Assembly (NCBI RefSeq): GCF_048593235.1
Contig: NC_133620.1
Coordinates: forward strand, 37,326,852-37,390,851
Source: Sminthopsis crassicaudata
Taxonomy: Eukaryota
Direction: 5' to 3'
DNA: 64,000 nt
Shown: positions 51,421-63,890 of the stretch, piece after piece
How the letters are laid out: each line of letters starts with the position of its first letter
Numbering within the stretch: the stretch's first letter is position 1
Made by a program: the position numbers and the translations under genes
Notes under the pieces: generated by a model
What the model saw: the letters and a program-made list of their open reading frames with translations, nothing else
Database searches by the model: none
What the model was told of the DNA's origin: nothing

Positions 51421-52265
51421 AGAGAAGCAAACTACAATCATTTTAAGTCATTTTAAGATACCATTAGAAGACCAAGGAACTTCATCCATCACATCTCTGG
51501 GTACTTTTAATTAAGCTTCTCATTAGTGACCAAAACTGAAGATGGGAGGGACAGGTTCTCTCCATAGCCAGCATTTGGTATCTTGTAGTCAGCCTTACTG
51601 CCTTCAGTCAAACCCCAAACTTCATTCCTAGGGAAAGAAGATCTGTCTTAGGTCCCAGAAAACACATGCTAATGGCTGCTGGAATATCTTTCCAGACAGA
51701 AATTAAGGGACAGGGTTAGCAGTGTCTCAGGCAAGGCCAAAAGCCATCCCAGAATCCTGAGCATCCCTCACCATCTGTGTCAATAAGGCTGTCAAAGCAG
51801 CCTGCTAAAATATACCTTGGCAATATTCAAGGAGTTGACACTTTGTGGAAAGCAAATTACTTGGGCTATTAATTTAGAGCTATTGTAGAACTTTCCCCAC
51901 TGTCGCCACCACCCGCCGCCTGCCCACCCACCCAATTTCCTATGGAGCCTCTGACACCTTCTGACTGCTCATGGACATCTGTGCACTGGTGCAGCAGAAG
52001 AACTGTAATCAGAGACGAGGAGTTGTCAAGTTGGAAATGTTTTTTCTGCCCTCATGACAAATGATGAAGCTTGCTATTCAAGGTGAGAGAATTTAAACAC
52101 TTGGATTTGTTTTTTATCATTAACCCTTTGGGTGTTGTGATGAGCTTTGCAGACAGATTTCAAGGAAGTCAGTCGAATCATAATCCAAGACTTAGAGCTT
52201 AAAAGGACCTTAAAGTCTCCTTGACTTGTAACTGAGGAAGCTGAGGCTCCCGAGAGAAAAAGACT

Positions 52266-52450
52266 CAGTGGTCCTCAAACTTTTTAAATAGGGGCCAGTT
52301 CACTGTCCCTCAGACTGTGGGAGGGCCGGACTAAAGTAAAAACAAAACCTCACACTGCCTCTGCCCCTCAGCCCATTTGCCATAACCCGGCCACATAAAC
52401 ATCCTCAGCAGGCCGCATCTGGCCTACGGGCCATAATTTGAGAATCCCTG
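52266..52450. mobile_element. OposCharlie1 (OC1) non-autonomous hAT MITE, 185 bp
   Basis: TIRs CAGTGGTCCTCAAACT / AATTTGAGAATCCCTG; diagnostic subterminal TTTTAAATAGGGGCCAGTTCACTGTCCCTCAGACTGTGGGAGGGCCGGACTA as in OC1/nhAT1 MITEs. No 8-bp TSD visible (AAAAGACT vs GAATAAAT). Confidence 0.85.
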
Positions 52451-52589
52451 GAATAAATGATACAGATAAGTTTTACAGATAGCATCATCAGAATATTTTT
52501 TAAATCAACAATTTTGTAGTTGGATAAAATAATAGAATACCAGATTTGTAGGCAAGATGCTTAGGATCAAATCCCATCTTAGATTCTCA

Positions 52590-52775
52590 CTAATTAAGAA
52601 CTCCTAGGAAACTTCTATCCTTTCATAATGTTCATACTTCCAATTTAATTGCAATGTTCTACACCTTGATGTAATCAACACAATAGCATCTGAAAATAGG
52701 AGTATTTCTAAGGAATCCCTCATTGCCTTGACACTTGATCTAGATCACAGCAAATACACTGGAAGAAGAGTGGGG
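52590..52775 (-). mobile_element. RTE LINE RT fragment
   Basis: Minus-strand peptide LLFSDAIVLITSRCRTLQ (degenerate LLFADDIVLI motif), preceded by SSSVFA (SPKVFA). Confidence 0.7.
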
Positions 52776-55700
52776 TGAGGAGGCTCTCAAAAATCTCTCC
52801 CTACCAAGGAAAATCTGGGAACTCAAGTATCCAAAATATTTTTGTTCCCTTCAAAAAGGTCTTTAATTCTCCTGCAAGCACTCAGGCTAATAAGGACATT
52901 AAATAGAACAGGTTTGATTTAACATAACAGGACAATAAAGAAAGCTCTTTATGGTGGATATCTAACAATCATCTCCTTTTAAGGGCCCTACTTTCCCTAG
53001 GGATATATCTACTTACTCCTGTGGAAGCTCAGTCATTCTGTTATAATATCCATTTCTTGTTGTTTGCTTCCTTTCCTAGGAGTACTTGTCTAGACTATAA
53101 AGGGATTATATTGGAANNNNNNNNNNNNNNNNNNNNNNNNNNNNNNNNNNNNNNNNNNNNNNNNNNNNNNNNNNNNNNNNNNNNNNNNNNNNNNNNNNNN
53201 NNNNNNNNNNNNNNNNNNNNNNNNNNNNNNNNNNNNNNNNNNNNNNNNNNNNNNNNNNNNNNNNNNNNNNNNNNNNNNNNNNNNNNNNNNNNNNNNNNNN
53301 NNNNNNNNNNNNNNNNNNNNNNNNNNNNNNNNNNNNNNNNNNNNNNNNNNNNNNNNNNNNNNNNNNNNNNNNNNNNNNNNNNNNNNNNNNNNNNNNNNNN
53401 NNNNNNNNNNNNNNNNNNNNNNNNNNNNNNNNNNNNNNNNNNNNNNNNNNNNNNNNNNNNNNNNNNNNNNNNNNNNNNNNNNNNNNNNNNNNNNNNNNNN
53501 NNNNNNNNNNNNNNNNNNNNNNNNNNNNNNNNNNNNNNNNNNNNNNNNNNNNNNNNNNNNNNNNNNNNNNNNNNNNNNNNGGTGCCATCTATGTGCCAAG
53601 AACTGTTAAATGCTTTATAAACAGTGTCTCATTTGCTCCTCACAACAACCCTGGAAAGTAACTACTATTATTATCTCCATTTTCCAATTGAGGAATAGGC
53701 TGATTTAGAATTGAGGAATAGAGAGGTGATGAGTTCCCAAAAATCTTATAGAAAAGGTAAAATGAGCACTTTTTAAGATATGTTACAGAAGGGATTCATG
53801 TTCAAACACAAACTAAATTAAATGGTCTGCGACTGGAAGGCAACAATAGTACAGTGTATAACCATCAATCAATCACGAAATATTCAGTACATACACACAC
53901 CCTTAAGGTATAAGGACTAGATGGCTTCTGAGGTTCCTTTCCTAGAGGTCCTAGACTCTGATTTACCCTGTTTCCGTGGGACATTCAGTTCTCCAACTAA
54001 ATAATACCCTTGCTCTATATAATAGTTCTCCTTTGTACTAGGTGCCTTTTATTCTTAGGCTGCAGAATTCTGTCCCTTAGAGGTGGAGAAACTGAGTCAG
54101 GGGAAGGAGCTCTTTGCCCAAGGCCACACATGGAGAATTAGCAGAGCCTAAGACCACAGCGCTCAGCTCTTTGTTCTAATTATTAGACCACACTCCTTCC
54201 AAAGAGTATCTCCACCTCCTGCTCTAGCCCAATCAAAAGGAATTCCAGCACTGAAAAATTCACCACACACATTCCCCCGGGGACCACAAGAAGAATAGAC
54301 CCCCCAGCAAGAGGGAAGGGCTAAGTGATAATTACTTAGTGGAATAGATCAGACTCACATTATGAATTTTGCCAATTCCAGAAGATGGGAACAATCTACC
54401 TTTACAGAGTTAGTTGTATTCACTGACTTGCTCATCCATTATTTAAGTATTCAGGAATAGAAGAGTGTCATGATTTTGTAAGTGGTGAAGATTTCAACTT
54501 AAAGACAACCATTGTCGTCCCAACACCCACTATGCTTCTAATTAGCTATGTAATTAAATTACCAATTAGACAAAACTGAAAAGGCTCTTTCCATTTTCTG
54601 AAGTAAAATATCCTTAATTATGATGTTGGATACCAGATAAACAGAAGAAAGATATATATATGCATATATATATATAATTTCATATGCATATTTGAATATA
54701 TATATATGTATTATCAAATTCTCAAATGGACATGTGATCTCAATTTGGATGCATACCCAAATATGCATATGTTCATATGATCTTTATAAACCTCTTTTAA
54801 AAGAGCTTTAAAGTAAAAATTGCTTTTCTTCTGACTTTGGGAGGGGGGGGAAGAGACCTCAACATTTTTTGTCTTACCCCTGAAAACACAATATTGATAA
54901 AATCTCTAAGAAATCATTCCAAAGGGAATTATTTAGGGTACTTCCTTATGAAACCAGTATGGCAGGAAGTATTCAGGATATAATACTATTTTCTAACGGG
55001 ACACTTTTCACAATCCATTAACCCCTCCTTTTTTTTCCTTACATATCAGCAGACTGGCTGGACCCACTTTTTGATATAGTGGGGTCCCTGGACCTTGAGG
55101 CTGAGTAAGGTCTCACAAGCTTTATATTTTCCCAAGCACAATAATCAAAAGGAAATGGAGACGTCTATGAACAGGAAGGGAAGAAATTTCTTTTTCTGTG
55201 TATTTACTCTTTTTTTTTTTTAATTTTTTTCCTTCACTATTTTTCCTTGGGAGGCAGGAACACTAACAGTATGCTAATTAAGCTGCACATACCCAGTCAG
55301 GAAATACCAAAGACCAGCTCCTCACAGCATGCTGAGTTGCCAGTGTTACCCATGCCACATAATGAAGTCATACACTGACCCACTGTTCCGACAGCCCAGG
55401 CTTTGAATTAACCATGCACCCAGCTCACTACTTTTAAAGTGATGTGGTTTTAGCTCCTTCCTCCATATTTCATTTCTTGCTGCTCTCCCCACCAAGCCAC
55501 TTTGAAGGAGAAGGAAAAAAATAAATAAACAACTTATATGTTTTTTTTTTTTTTGGTCTGATCTTTGTGTTGGATATGTGGGGGTGTGTGTGTTTTTAAC
55601 TTTAATCCTACAACTAGGCACTGCATTATTGTGTAGTGCCCTTCAAAGGAGTCTCCATGGTAGAACTGGGCGTGCCCAGAAGCCCAGGTTACAGTTGAAT

Positions 55701-56711
55701 ACTTCAAAAGTAATGAAAGATGTTTCACACAGAACATTCTAAAGGAAATTCAAGTGAGGGGGTGGGGAGAGGAAAATCACTATGGCTGATTTTATCTCAA
55801 AAGGAGCTCATTTGGCTAGGGAGAAGGGGAAATAATGAGCACTTATTAATCACCTACTATGGAGAAGGCACTGGGCTAAGTGCTTTATAAATATCTCATT
55901 TGATGCTCACAGCAGGCCAATGCAGTAAATGCTATTATTATCATCATTTTACATTTGAGGAAACTGAGGCAGGAAAGTTAAAAGACTTGCTCAGGGTCGC
56001 ACAGCTAGTTAATGTCTGGGGTGGAATTTGAATTTGAGTTCTGGATCTCAAATGATTTGTCCCCAGTCATCAAGCACAGCTGAGATTCAAACTCTGGCCC
56101 ATGACCTTAAGTCCTGAACTCTTTAACAGGGCCAGCTTTACTCTGTGCTTGGGTAGGAAAGCTGTGCCCCGTACCACCTGGTTCTCCAGTAGGACGGCTG
56201 CCTACCTAATCACAGTCACCTCCCATATGCACTGCCATATGTTTTACCCTTCCGGAGGAAAAAAAATGAGGGTACAAATCAGCATTTATTTTACTTAGGC
56301 CTCCAATACCAGCACTGTTAATCTGTCCCTTTTTGCCTCGACTCTTGGCTCTTGCCAAATCATTTTTCACAGGTTTGCTGCATTTCTTGTTAAGAATAAA
56401 GGATTTCTGGATCGCCTAGTTTTGCTGTTTGGGTTCCCCCTTTCCATATTTCCCCTCTTTGGTGATGCTGGAAGAAATGCTAGAGAATGTTTTTCCTCCT
56501 ATTTTTCAGTAGGAATTCTGGTGCTGAACAAAGGAGCTGCATATATACAAGTGCTTTTCACCAAGGGACATCCAGAAGAGAAACTTGGCTTAGTATGGAA
56601 ATGAATGGGATTTTAGCGTTAGGATATTTGTTCACTTCACCCAGAATGCTTCACAAATACACAGTTGGCGATGCTTAGATACACAGTAGGTGCTTAATAT
56701 ATGTTTGTGGA

Positions 56712-56864
56712 GGGGTAGCTAGGTGGTGCAGTGGATAGAGCACCAGCCCTGAAGTCAGGAGGACCCGAGTTCAAATCCGGTCTCAGACACTTAACTCTTC
56801 CTCAGCTGTGTAACCCTGGGTAATTCACTTAACCCCAATTACTTCAGCAAAAATAAATAAATAA
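56712..56864 (+). mobile_element. WSINE1
   Basis: GGGGTAGCTAGGTGGTGCAGTGGATAGAGCACCAGCCCTGAAGTCAGGAGGACCCGAGTTCAAATCC, (AAAT)n tail, TSD-like ATGTTTG on both sides; inserted in an L2 tail. Confidence 0.9.
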
Positions 56865-57544
56865 ATGTTTGATGACTGACTTGAGCACCAATGTTTACAG
56901 GGCAGGGTCCTCACCAAATGAAAAAAGGGTCTGGACCCGAAGAATAAACTGGAGGAGATGGTGTTTACTTCCTTTCAACAAGTCCTAGACTCCCACTTTT
57001 CTTTCTGAACTCCATATTTACCTTTTAGCAAAATAAAAGAAAAAGTTTCTGTTCAAATTCTCTGGCTTCATCTTGATCAAAAGGCCTCGGTTCTGGAGAA
57101 TCAGATACTTTGAGTTATAAGGGGCTTTAAAATCTGCCCAAGCCAACCCCCATGTAAGGTTGCCCCAGTCACATATGGGTAGAAACTGATAAAGAGGGGA
57201 TCCAATCTCTTTGTCACCTTTCCAAGGAACAAAGCAATTTCCTGAAGGTTGGGGAGTGGGGGTGCTATGTCCTCCCTGCTAATTCCCAATGTTCAGCTAT
57301 TGTACCCGTTTTCTTATTCTCAGTCAGATTTGTAAAAACGGCATCTCTGGAAATTAATTGGCAGCTGCCAAACTTGTGAATCAAGGACAAATCTACTGCT
57401 GTGCGAGAGGGCTTTTTTTTTTCAACTTACAATAACACTAGCTAAATGATAACAATAAGAGCAATCATAGTAATAATTAGAATTCTATCTACTTGTATAT
57501 TATTCTGCCAAAACTTTAAACATAAAAACTACCAATAGCATTAT

Positions 57545-57895
57545 AGAAACTTGCCATCGGCGAGGTGACTCAGGCCAGTTCCAATGGTCTTGGGATGGAG
57601 AGAGCCATCTGCACTCAGAGAGAGGACTGGATCACAACTAGGATTTTCATTTTTTGTTGTTTGCATTTTGTTTTCTTTCTCATTTTTTTTCCTTTTTAAT
57701 CTGATTTCTCTTGTGCAGCAAGATAATTGTGGAAATATGTATAGAAGAATGACACATGTTTAACATATATTGGAATACTTGCTGCCTAATAAGGGGATTG
57801 GGGGAAAGAAGGGAGAAAATTTGGAACATAAGGATTTGCAAGGGTGAATGCTGAAAACTATGCATATGTTTTGAAAATAAAAAGCTTTAAAAAAA
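57545..57895 (+). mobile_element. L1 3' UTR fragment
   Basis: GATGGAGAGAGCCATCTGCACTCAGAGAGAGGAC...ATCTGATTTCTCTTGTGCAGCAAGATAA...GAAAATAAAAAGCTTTAA. Confidence 0.85.
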
Positions 57896-58239
57896 GAAAC
57901 TTTTCTTTCTAGTTGAAATTAAGAGTAGAATGAGAGAGTAATAAAATAAAAATAATATATATTATATTATATATGTATATATAATATATTATATATAATA
58001 TATATAAAATATATAAATAAAATAAAAATAATAAATATTTACCTTGCTTTTTAGAGTTTCTGTTAAAATGCATTATTTCATGTGAACCTCACAACTACCC
58101 TCGGTTAACACTGTAGTTATTATTGTCCTGATTTTACAGATGAAGAAATTAAGATTGAGAAAAGTAGAAATTAATGGGGACAAAATTTGCAACCAAATAT
58201 ACCTTATTCTAAGATCCGGATCTCTCTAAAATAATCTAA

Positions 58240-59640
58240 ATTTTGATGAACCATATTGGTGGGTTGTTTTATTGTTTTATTTCTATAGTGATCTGAATGC
58301 AAGCATTCCTTAGGGTTTCTCAATTGTGTTTAGGTTATAAAAAGAATGTATTTTTCAATGACTAGTGCTCTAAAAATGGACTTGTATTTAACGAAGCCAA
58401 GCTTGGGCATAAAAGGGTTACTATTTATGTCCCATTTAATTCCCACACAAAGTGGAATTCAACTCAACCTGGCTTTAATTTTTTTCTTCATATAAATAAT
58501 TAATTCTGCATTTAAAAAAAAACATGTTAAGATGTTTTATTTCTTAATCAGCTAATTTGACTGGGAAACAAAGATGCCTTTTTCTCCTCATTTTCTTTTG
58601 ACTAGCGTTACTGTAGTAAAAGCTGCCCCAGCTAGATTTGGCCTTGACTCACAAGTTTGGCGTCTGCCAATTAGTTTCCAAAGCTGCTATTTTACAAAAA
58701 AAATGCTTCTCACTTTTAAAAAATGTAATTGAATGTCTGTTCATCACAGAGTTTCTTGTGTTCGGGCTCCGAGTGTTAAACATTCTTAAGGTTGACTTGG
58801 GTCAGCTTTGAAAAATTTCAGACAGTGAAACTTGAGAAGCCCCCGTATGCTAGGGTGCGTTCTCCACATCCTGTTAAGTATTAAGTGGTTATTTAAAATG
58901 GAGTTGTTAGACTCAGCCCCCGACTGAAAGTGCACCATCGAGTTTACAGGACGATTAATTAAATGCGAAGATTGCATGGGATGCCCATGTATTTCCATAA
59001 TCATTCACGTTGGCCCATCTTTGCCCTTTAATTTTCATACTAATTAAAGTAACACACTGAACTGCAAATTGTGAATGGTTGCATTGCTGCAGAGATGCTA
59101 ACACTGATGGAAATGGAATGGTATTTTTTTTTTTTTTTCTTTTTAAAGGAAAAGGACGGACAGGAAAAGAATTAGGCTGACTAGATTTGACTTCATTCCA
59201 TTTCAGGTTCTCTATTTGCTTCGTTCCTGGAGCAAGTTCATAATTTAACAAGACTGTGGCTTATTAGGATTGAGTTTGGGGGGGTTTTGGGGGGGAAGGG
59301 AAGGGTGAATTTTCAACCCCATCTGTTTAGGGGCACAGGGCTGCCCTCGCCTTACAGGGCAATTGATTTTTGAGTGAGCTGGGGTTTGTTTCTGTACAAT
59401 AGAGTGATTGTTTGGTTGCCTTTAAGCACTGGGGTTCTTGGAATCTGATGGGCACAAAATAAATCAGCTTGGACCGTACAGCTATTTGGCCTGCTAATTA
59501 CATTTGACCCATTATCCTGTACCGCTCTCGTTCAGATTCGGCCACGGCTGACTTGGAGTTTGAAATGTAAATGGAAGGGCTGCTTTTGCAGGTCATCATA
59601 CTATGGAAAGTCAGTTCCTGGAACACTCACTGAGCCCTGG
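58240..59640. promoter_or_regulatory. Large candidate conserved non-coding block
   Basis: About 1.4 kb with no recognisable repeat, many retained CpGs and dense TAATTA/TAAT homeodomain motifs. Conservation not verified. Confidence 0.5.
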
Positions 59641-61439
59641 AAAAGAGAAGAAACAGATATGAGCAATTATCCCTGGGACTGTGCAGCTGCTGGCATTTGG
59701 GGTTGGCAGAAACAGCCACAGGCACCTTCTACCTCCAACTGTCTCCAGCACAGCATGGGGAGGTGGGGGATGGAGCCCAGGCTGCTACAAAGGGGTGGCC
59801 AANNNNNNNNNNNNNNNNNNNNNNNNNNNNNNNNNNNNNNNNNNNNNNNNNNNNNNNNNNNNNNNNNNNNNNNNNNNNNNNNNNNNNNNNNNNNNNNNNN
59901 NNNNNNNNNNNNNNNNNNNNNNNNNNNNNNNNNNNNNNNNNNNNNNNNNNNNNNNNNNNNNNNNNNNNNNNNNNNNNNNNNNNNNNNNNNNNNNNNNNNN
60001 NNNNNNNNNNNNNNNNNNNNNNNNNNNNNNNNNNNNNNNNNNNNNNNNNNNNNNNNNNNNNNNNNNNNNNNNNNNNNNNNNNNNNNNNNNNNNNNNNNNN
60101 NNNNNNNNNNNNNNNNNNNNNNNNNNNNNNNNNNNNNNNNNNNNNNNNNNNNNNNNNNNNNNNNNNNNNNNNNNNNNNNNNNNNNNNNNNNNNNNNNNNN
60201 NNNNNNNNNNNNNNNNNNNNNNNNNNNNNNNNNNNNNNNNNNNNNNNNNNNNNNNNNNNNNNNNNNNNNNNNNNNNNNNNNNNNNNNNNNNNNNNNNNNN
60301 NNNNNNNNNNNNNNNNNNNNNNNNNNNNNNNNNNNNNNNNNNNNNNNNNNNNNNNNNNNNNNNNNNNNNNNNNNNNNNNNNNNNNGAGAGGAAAGGGGAA
60401 GAATGGAAGAAAGGAAAGGAAAAAGAGAGGGAGGAANNNNNNNNNNNNNNNNNNNNNNNNNNNNNNNNNNNNNNNNNNNNNNNNNNNNNNNNNNNNNNNN
60501 NNNNNNNNNNNNNNNNNNNNNNNNNNNNNNNNNNNNNNNNNNNNNNNNNNNNNNNNNNNNNNNNNNNNNNGAAAATGACAGAAAGAAAAAGGTCATAGAG
60601 AAAGATGTGCTCCTCTTCCACCTTCTACTCTCCCCTTCAAAATAGAATTATTTTAAATGAACACTTAGTTGCACAGCTGACACATAGTAGGCATTCAATA
60701 AGTGCTTGTTGATTGACTGGTTTATGGCAGACAGATTTCTCTGTGTCCTCATGCTTATCCTCCATAGGCTATTAAGACTCCTTCAAAAGAGCAATGGTTT
60801 TATAAAGATCCTGTCTTTCTTTTCAGAGAAAAACTCCACTCCTGAGCGAACTGTCCAACAGCAATAGCTTGTGGGCTTAGAGCTCTGGGAGTCCGGCTCT
60901 GCATGTGCCTCGCACAAGGGCCCCACTGTTCCAACCTGGGCCGCTGGGCCCCTCCCAAGACCACTGAGCCCACAGCCACCACTCCCTCTCGCCCCTGAGG
61001 TGGGCATTCTGAAGTTCCTTTAGCCAGGATCTACAAACCACGGCCAAGGACCAGCCTTTCTGGGAAGAGAAGCAGCTGAGAGGAGAGGGGCTAAGAGGGG
61101 AGAAGCAGCTCTGGCTTGGTGGGGAGAGGAGGCTGATTTCCAGGGTAGGAGAAGTTCCGAGGGGGCTCAGGGACAAACAGCATCTAGGAAAGGGAAACTG
61201 GATCCAAGCCAAATTGGTTCTCAAGGGTTAGAAAGGAAACATTAATAGAAAGGCAAAGAAAAGGGCCTCAGAGGGAGCAAAGTGAAGCTCACAACATGCG
61301 TGGGGAGGTTGACAGAGCTTCTGCAGGCTGGTTTTACCACAAATGAATTCTGCAAGGGCCCAAGACTGGGTTTGGAGTCAGAAGCAGACCTCTGTCTGAA
61401 TTCCCATTTACTTCACCTCAGTTTCCCCATCTGTAAAAT

Positions 61440-62100
61440 GAAGATGACCCCAGGGATTCTCAAAATTCCCTTTTTTCCTTTACCATCAAATGCAAGCCCC
61501 ATGTTTGGCCTTCAAAGCCCTTCACAACTACATCCACTTATTTTACTGCACAGTCCAGAAGCTTCCTAGCCATTTCTTACACACAACACTCATATCTCCC
61601 ATCTCCTCCGCACAGGCTGCCCCTCAGGCTTGAATGCATCCCCTCCTCATCCCTGAGAATACTTCATTTTCTTCAAGGCTTGGCTTGAGATTGAGATCCT
61701 CCAAGAGGGCCTTTTCTGCCACCCGCTCCCACTGCTGGAGTCCTCTCTCTTTGCTACCTCCTTTAAAACCAAATACATTTTATATACACATTCTCTCTTC
61801 CCTCTCTATTGCCTCACTTAATGACCTCATCAGATCCCATGCTTCCAACTATCATATCTGCAAAGATGATTCCCACAGCTCTATATCAGCCCTCTCTGCT
61901 CTCTTAAACTCCAGGCTCACTTCACCAGCTGGAGTTGTGGATAACTCAAATTAAATTTCCCTAGAAATCTCAAACTCAACTATCCCAAATACCTCATTAT
62001 CTCTCCCCTTCCCTCCAATTCACCCTTGTCTCAAACCTTCCTATTTCTATAAAGGACACTGCCATCCTGCCAGTCACCCATGATTTCAACCTAAGCTGGT
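61440..62100 (+). mobile_element. L2 fragments
   Basis: TGATTCCCACAGCTCTATATCAGCC, AAATCTCAAACTCAAC, CACTGCCATCCTGCCAGTCACCCA. Confidence 0.7.
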
Positions 62101-63220
62101 CAGTGCCAAGTCTAGAGTCATGAAGACCTGAATTCAAATTCAGCCTCAGGCACTTACTAGATATGTGATACTGGGTAATTAATTTCACCCTGATTGCCTC
62201 AGAGTTCTCATCTGCCATTGTCTTTCTTTTTCTTTCTCCTTTCCTTCCCTTCCTCCTTTCCTCCTTCTTTGTTCCTTCTTTCCTTCCCTCCTTTCTTCTC
62301 TCCTTCTTCCCTTCCTAAAACTATCACGAGATAGTTGTAAATCACTTAGCAAAGTGGCCGGCACATAGTAGGCACTTTATAAATAGTAGCTTATTAGTCA
62401 TTATGTATTATTATAAACTATGGTATTATCTCTGACCCCTATNNNNNNNNNNNNNNNNNNNNNNNNNNNNNNNNNNNNNNNNNNNNNNNNNNNNNNNNNN
62501 NNNNNNNNNNNNNNNNNNNNNNNNNNNNNNNNNNNNNNNNNNNNNNNNNNNNNNNNNNNNNNNNNNNNNNNNNNNNNNNNNNTCCACCCACATGACCACC
62601 ACCCTAGTGCAGGATTCTATTTGTATAACCCAATTACCACTTGAACCAAAGTCCCCTTGACTCAGAGCCTGGCTTTTTATCTACTCCCCCATAATTCCAT
62701 TTTCTGAGATCATACATCAGAATCAACATTTTATATTAACTTAGTTGTGTTTATGTTGCTTCCCTCACCAATTACCACAGTAAACAATAAGTTCCCTGAA
62801 AGCAGGGATCAGCTAGGTTTCTTCTGTTTTAAATTTTATTTTTGGTCCTTATATCCTTAGCAAAGGAGTTGTAATATTGTAAACATTTAATAACTGCTTG
62901 CAAAACTCAGTTGAACTCTTTTAGCTGAGGTGTATAGCATGGAAGACTTCCTGGCAGAAGTAAGAAGCAAATGTCTTCACCAAGATCACTGGGCCTCTCC
63001 GAGGGTGGGTCGTGTTTTGTGTTTGACAGGAAGGATCAATCAGAGCCCACAGCCCACAGCCCACAGCCCTTGCTCACACCCACAGGATGGGCAGATGTAC
63101 TTGCTTTTCAGGCCAGAATCTATGCTAGGCCAGTAATTTGCCTTTGCTTCCTTATTTAGCCTTCAAAAGAATGGAAGGGAGTTGTTCATTAGAATTTATG
63201 AGCAATTACTATTAAGGATG

Positions 63221-63462
63221 AATAGTTAGGTGGCTTAGTGGATAGAATACCAGGCCTGGAATGAGGGAGACTCCTCCTCCCAAGTTCAAATCTGGCCTCA
63301 GACACTTATTAACTGTGTGACCCTGGACAAATGGCTTCACTTTGCCTCAGTTTTCTCATCTGTAAAATGAAATGGCAAACCACTCCAGTATCCTAAATAC
63401 TGAGAAAACCCTAAATAGGGTCACAAAGAATTTGGACAAGACTGAAATGACTGAACAACAAC
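63221..63462 (+). mobile_element. Mar1 SINE, full length
   Basis: TAGGTGGCTTAGTGGATAGA head, CORE, AAATGGCAAACCACTCCAGTATC, GACTGAAATGACTGAACAACAAC tail. Confidence 0.85.
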
Positions 63463-63479
63463 TATTCTTTGTGTATGTA

Positions 63480-63890
63480 ATTTTAAAAAAAAATTTTAGC
63501 TTTTTATAGATAGTTTTCAATATTCACCCTTGTGTCTACATTTTTTTTTCTCTTTCCCTTCCCCTCAGCCCCTTCCCCAGACAGCAAATAATCCAATATA
63601 TGTTAGTCATGTGTAATTCTTCTACAGAGTTCCATAATTATCGTGCTGCACAAGAAAAATCAGATCAAAAAGAAAAACAAATGAGAATGAAAACAAAAAG
63701 CAAGCAAACTATAACAAAAAGGTGAAAATACTAGGCTGTGATCCATACTCAGTTCCTACAGTGCTCTCTCTGGATGCAGATGGCTCTCTCCATCACAAGT
63801 CTATTGGAACTGGTCTGAATCACCTCGCTGTTGAAAAGAGCCAAGTCCATCAGAATTAATCAATGAATAATCTTGTTGTTGCTGTGTACA
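63480..63890 (-). mobile_element. L1 3' UTR fragment
   Basis: GCTGCACAAGAAAAATCAGATCAAAA...CTCTCTCTGGATGCAGATGGCTCTCTCCATCACAAGTCTATTGGAAC; antisense counterpart of 57545-57895. Confidence 0.85.

Noticed and set aside
58657-58670. NFI-like palindrome TTGGC-GTCT-GCCAA
   Set aside because: Spacer is 4 nt; canonical NFI sites have 5.
53021-60645. Long ORFs filled with X (also at 193, 4458, 30490, 46250, 62420)
   Set aside because: Read-through of assembly N-gaps and flanking microsatellites.
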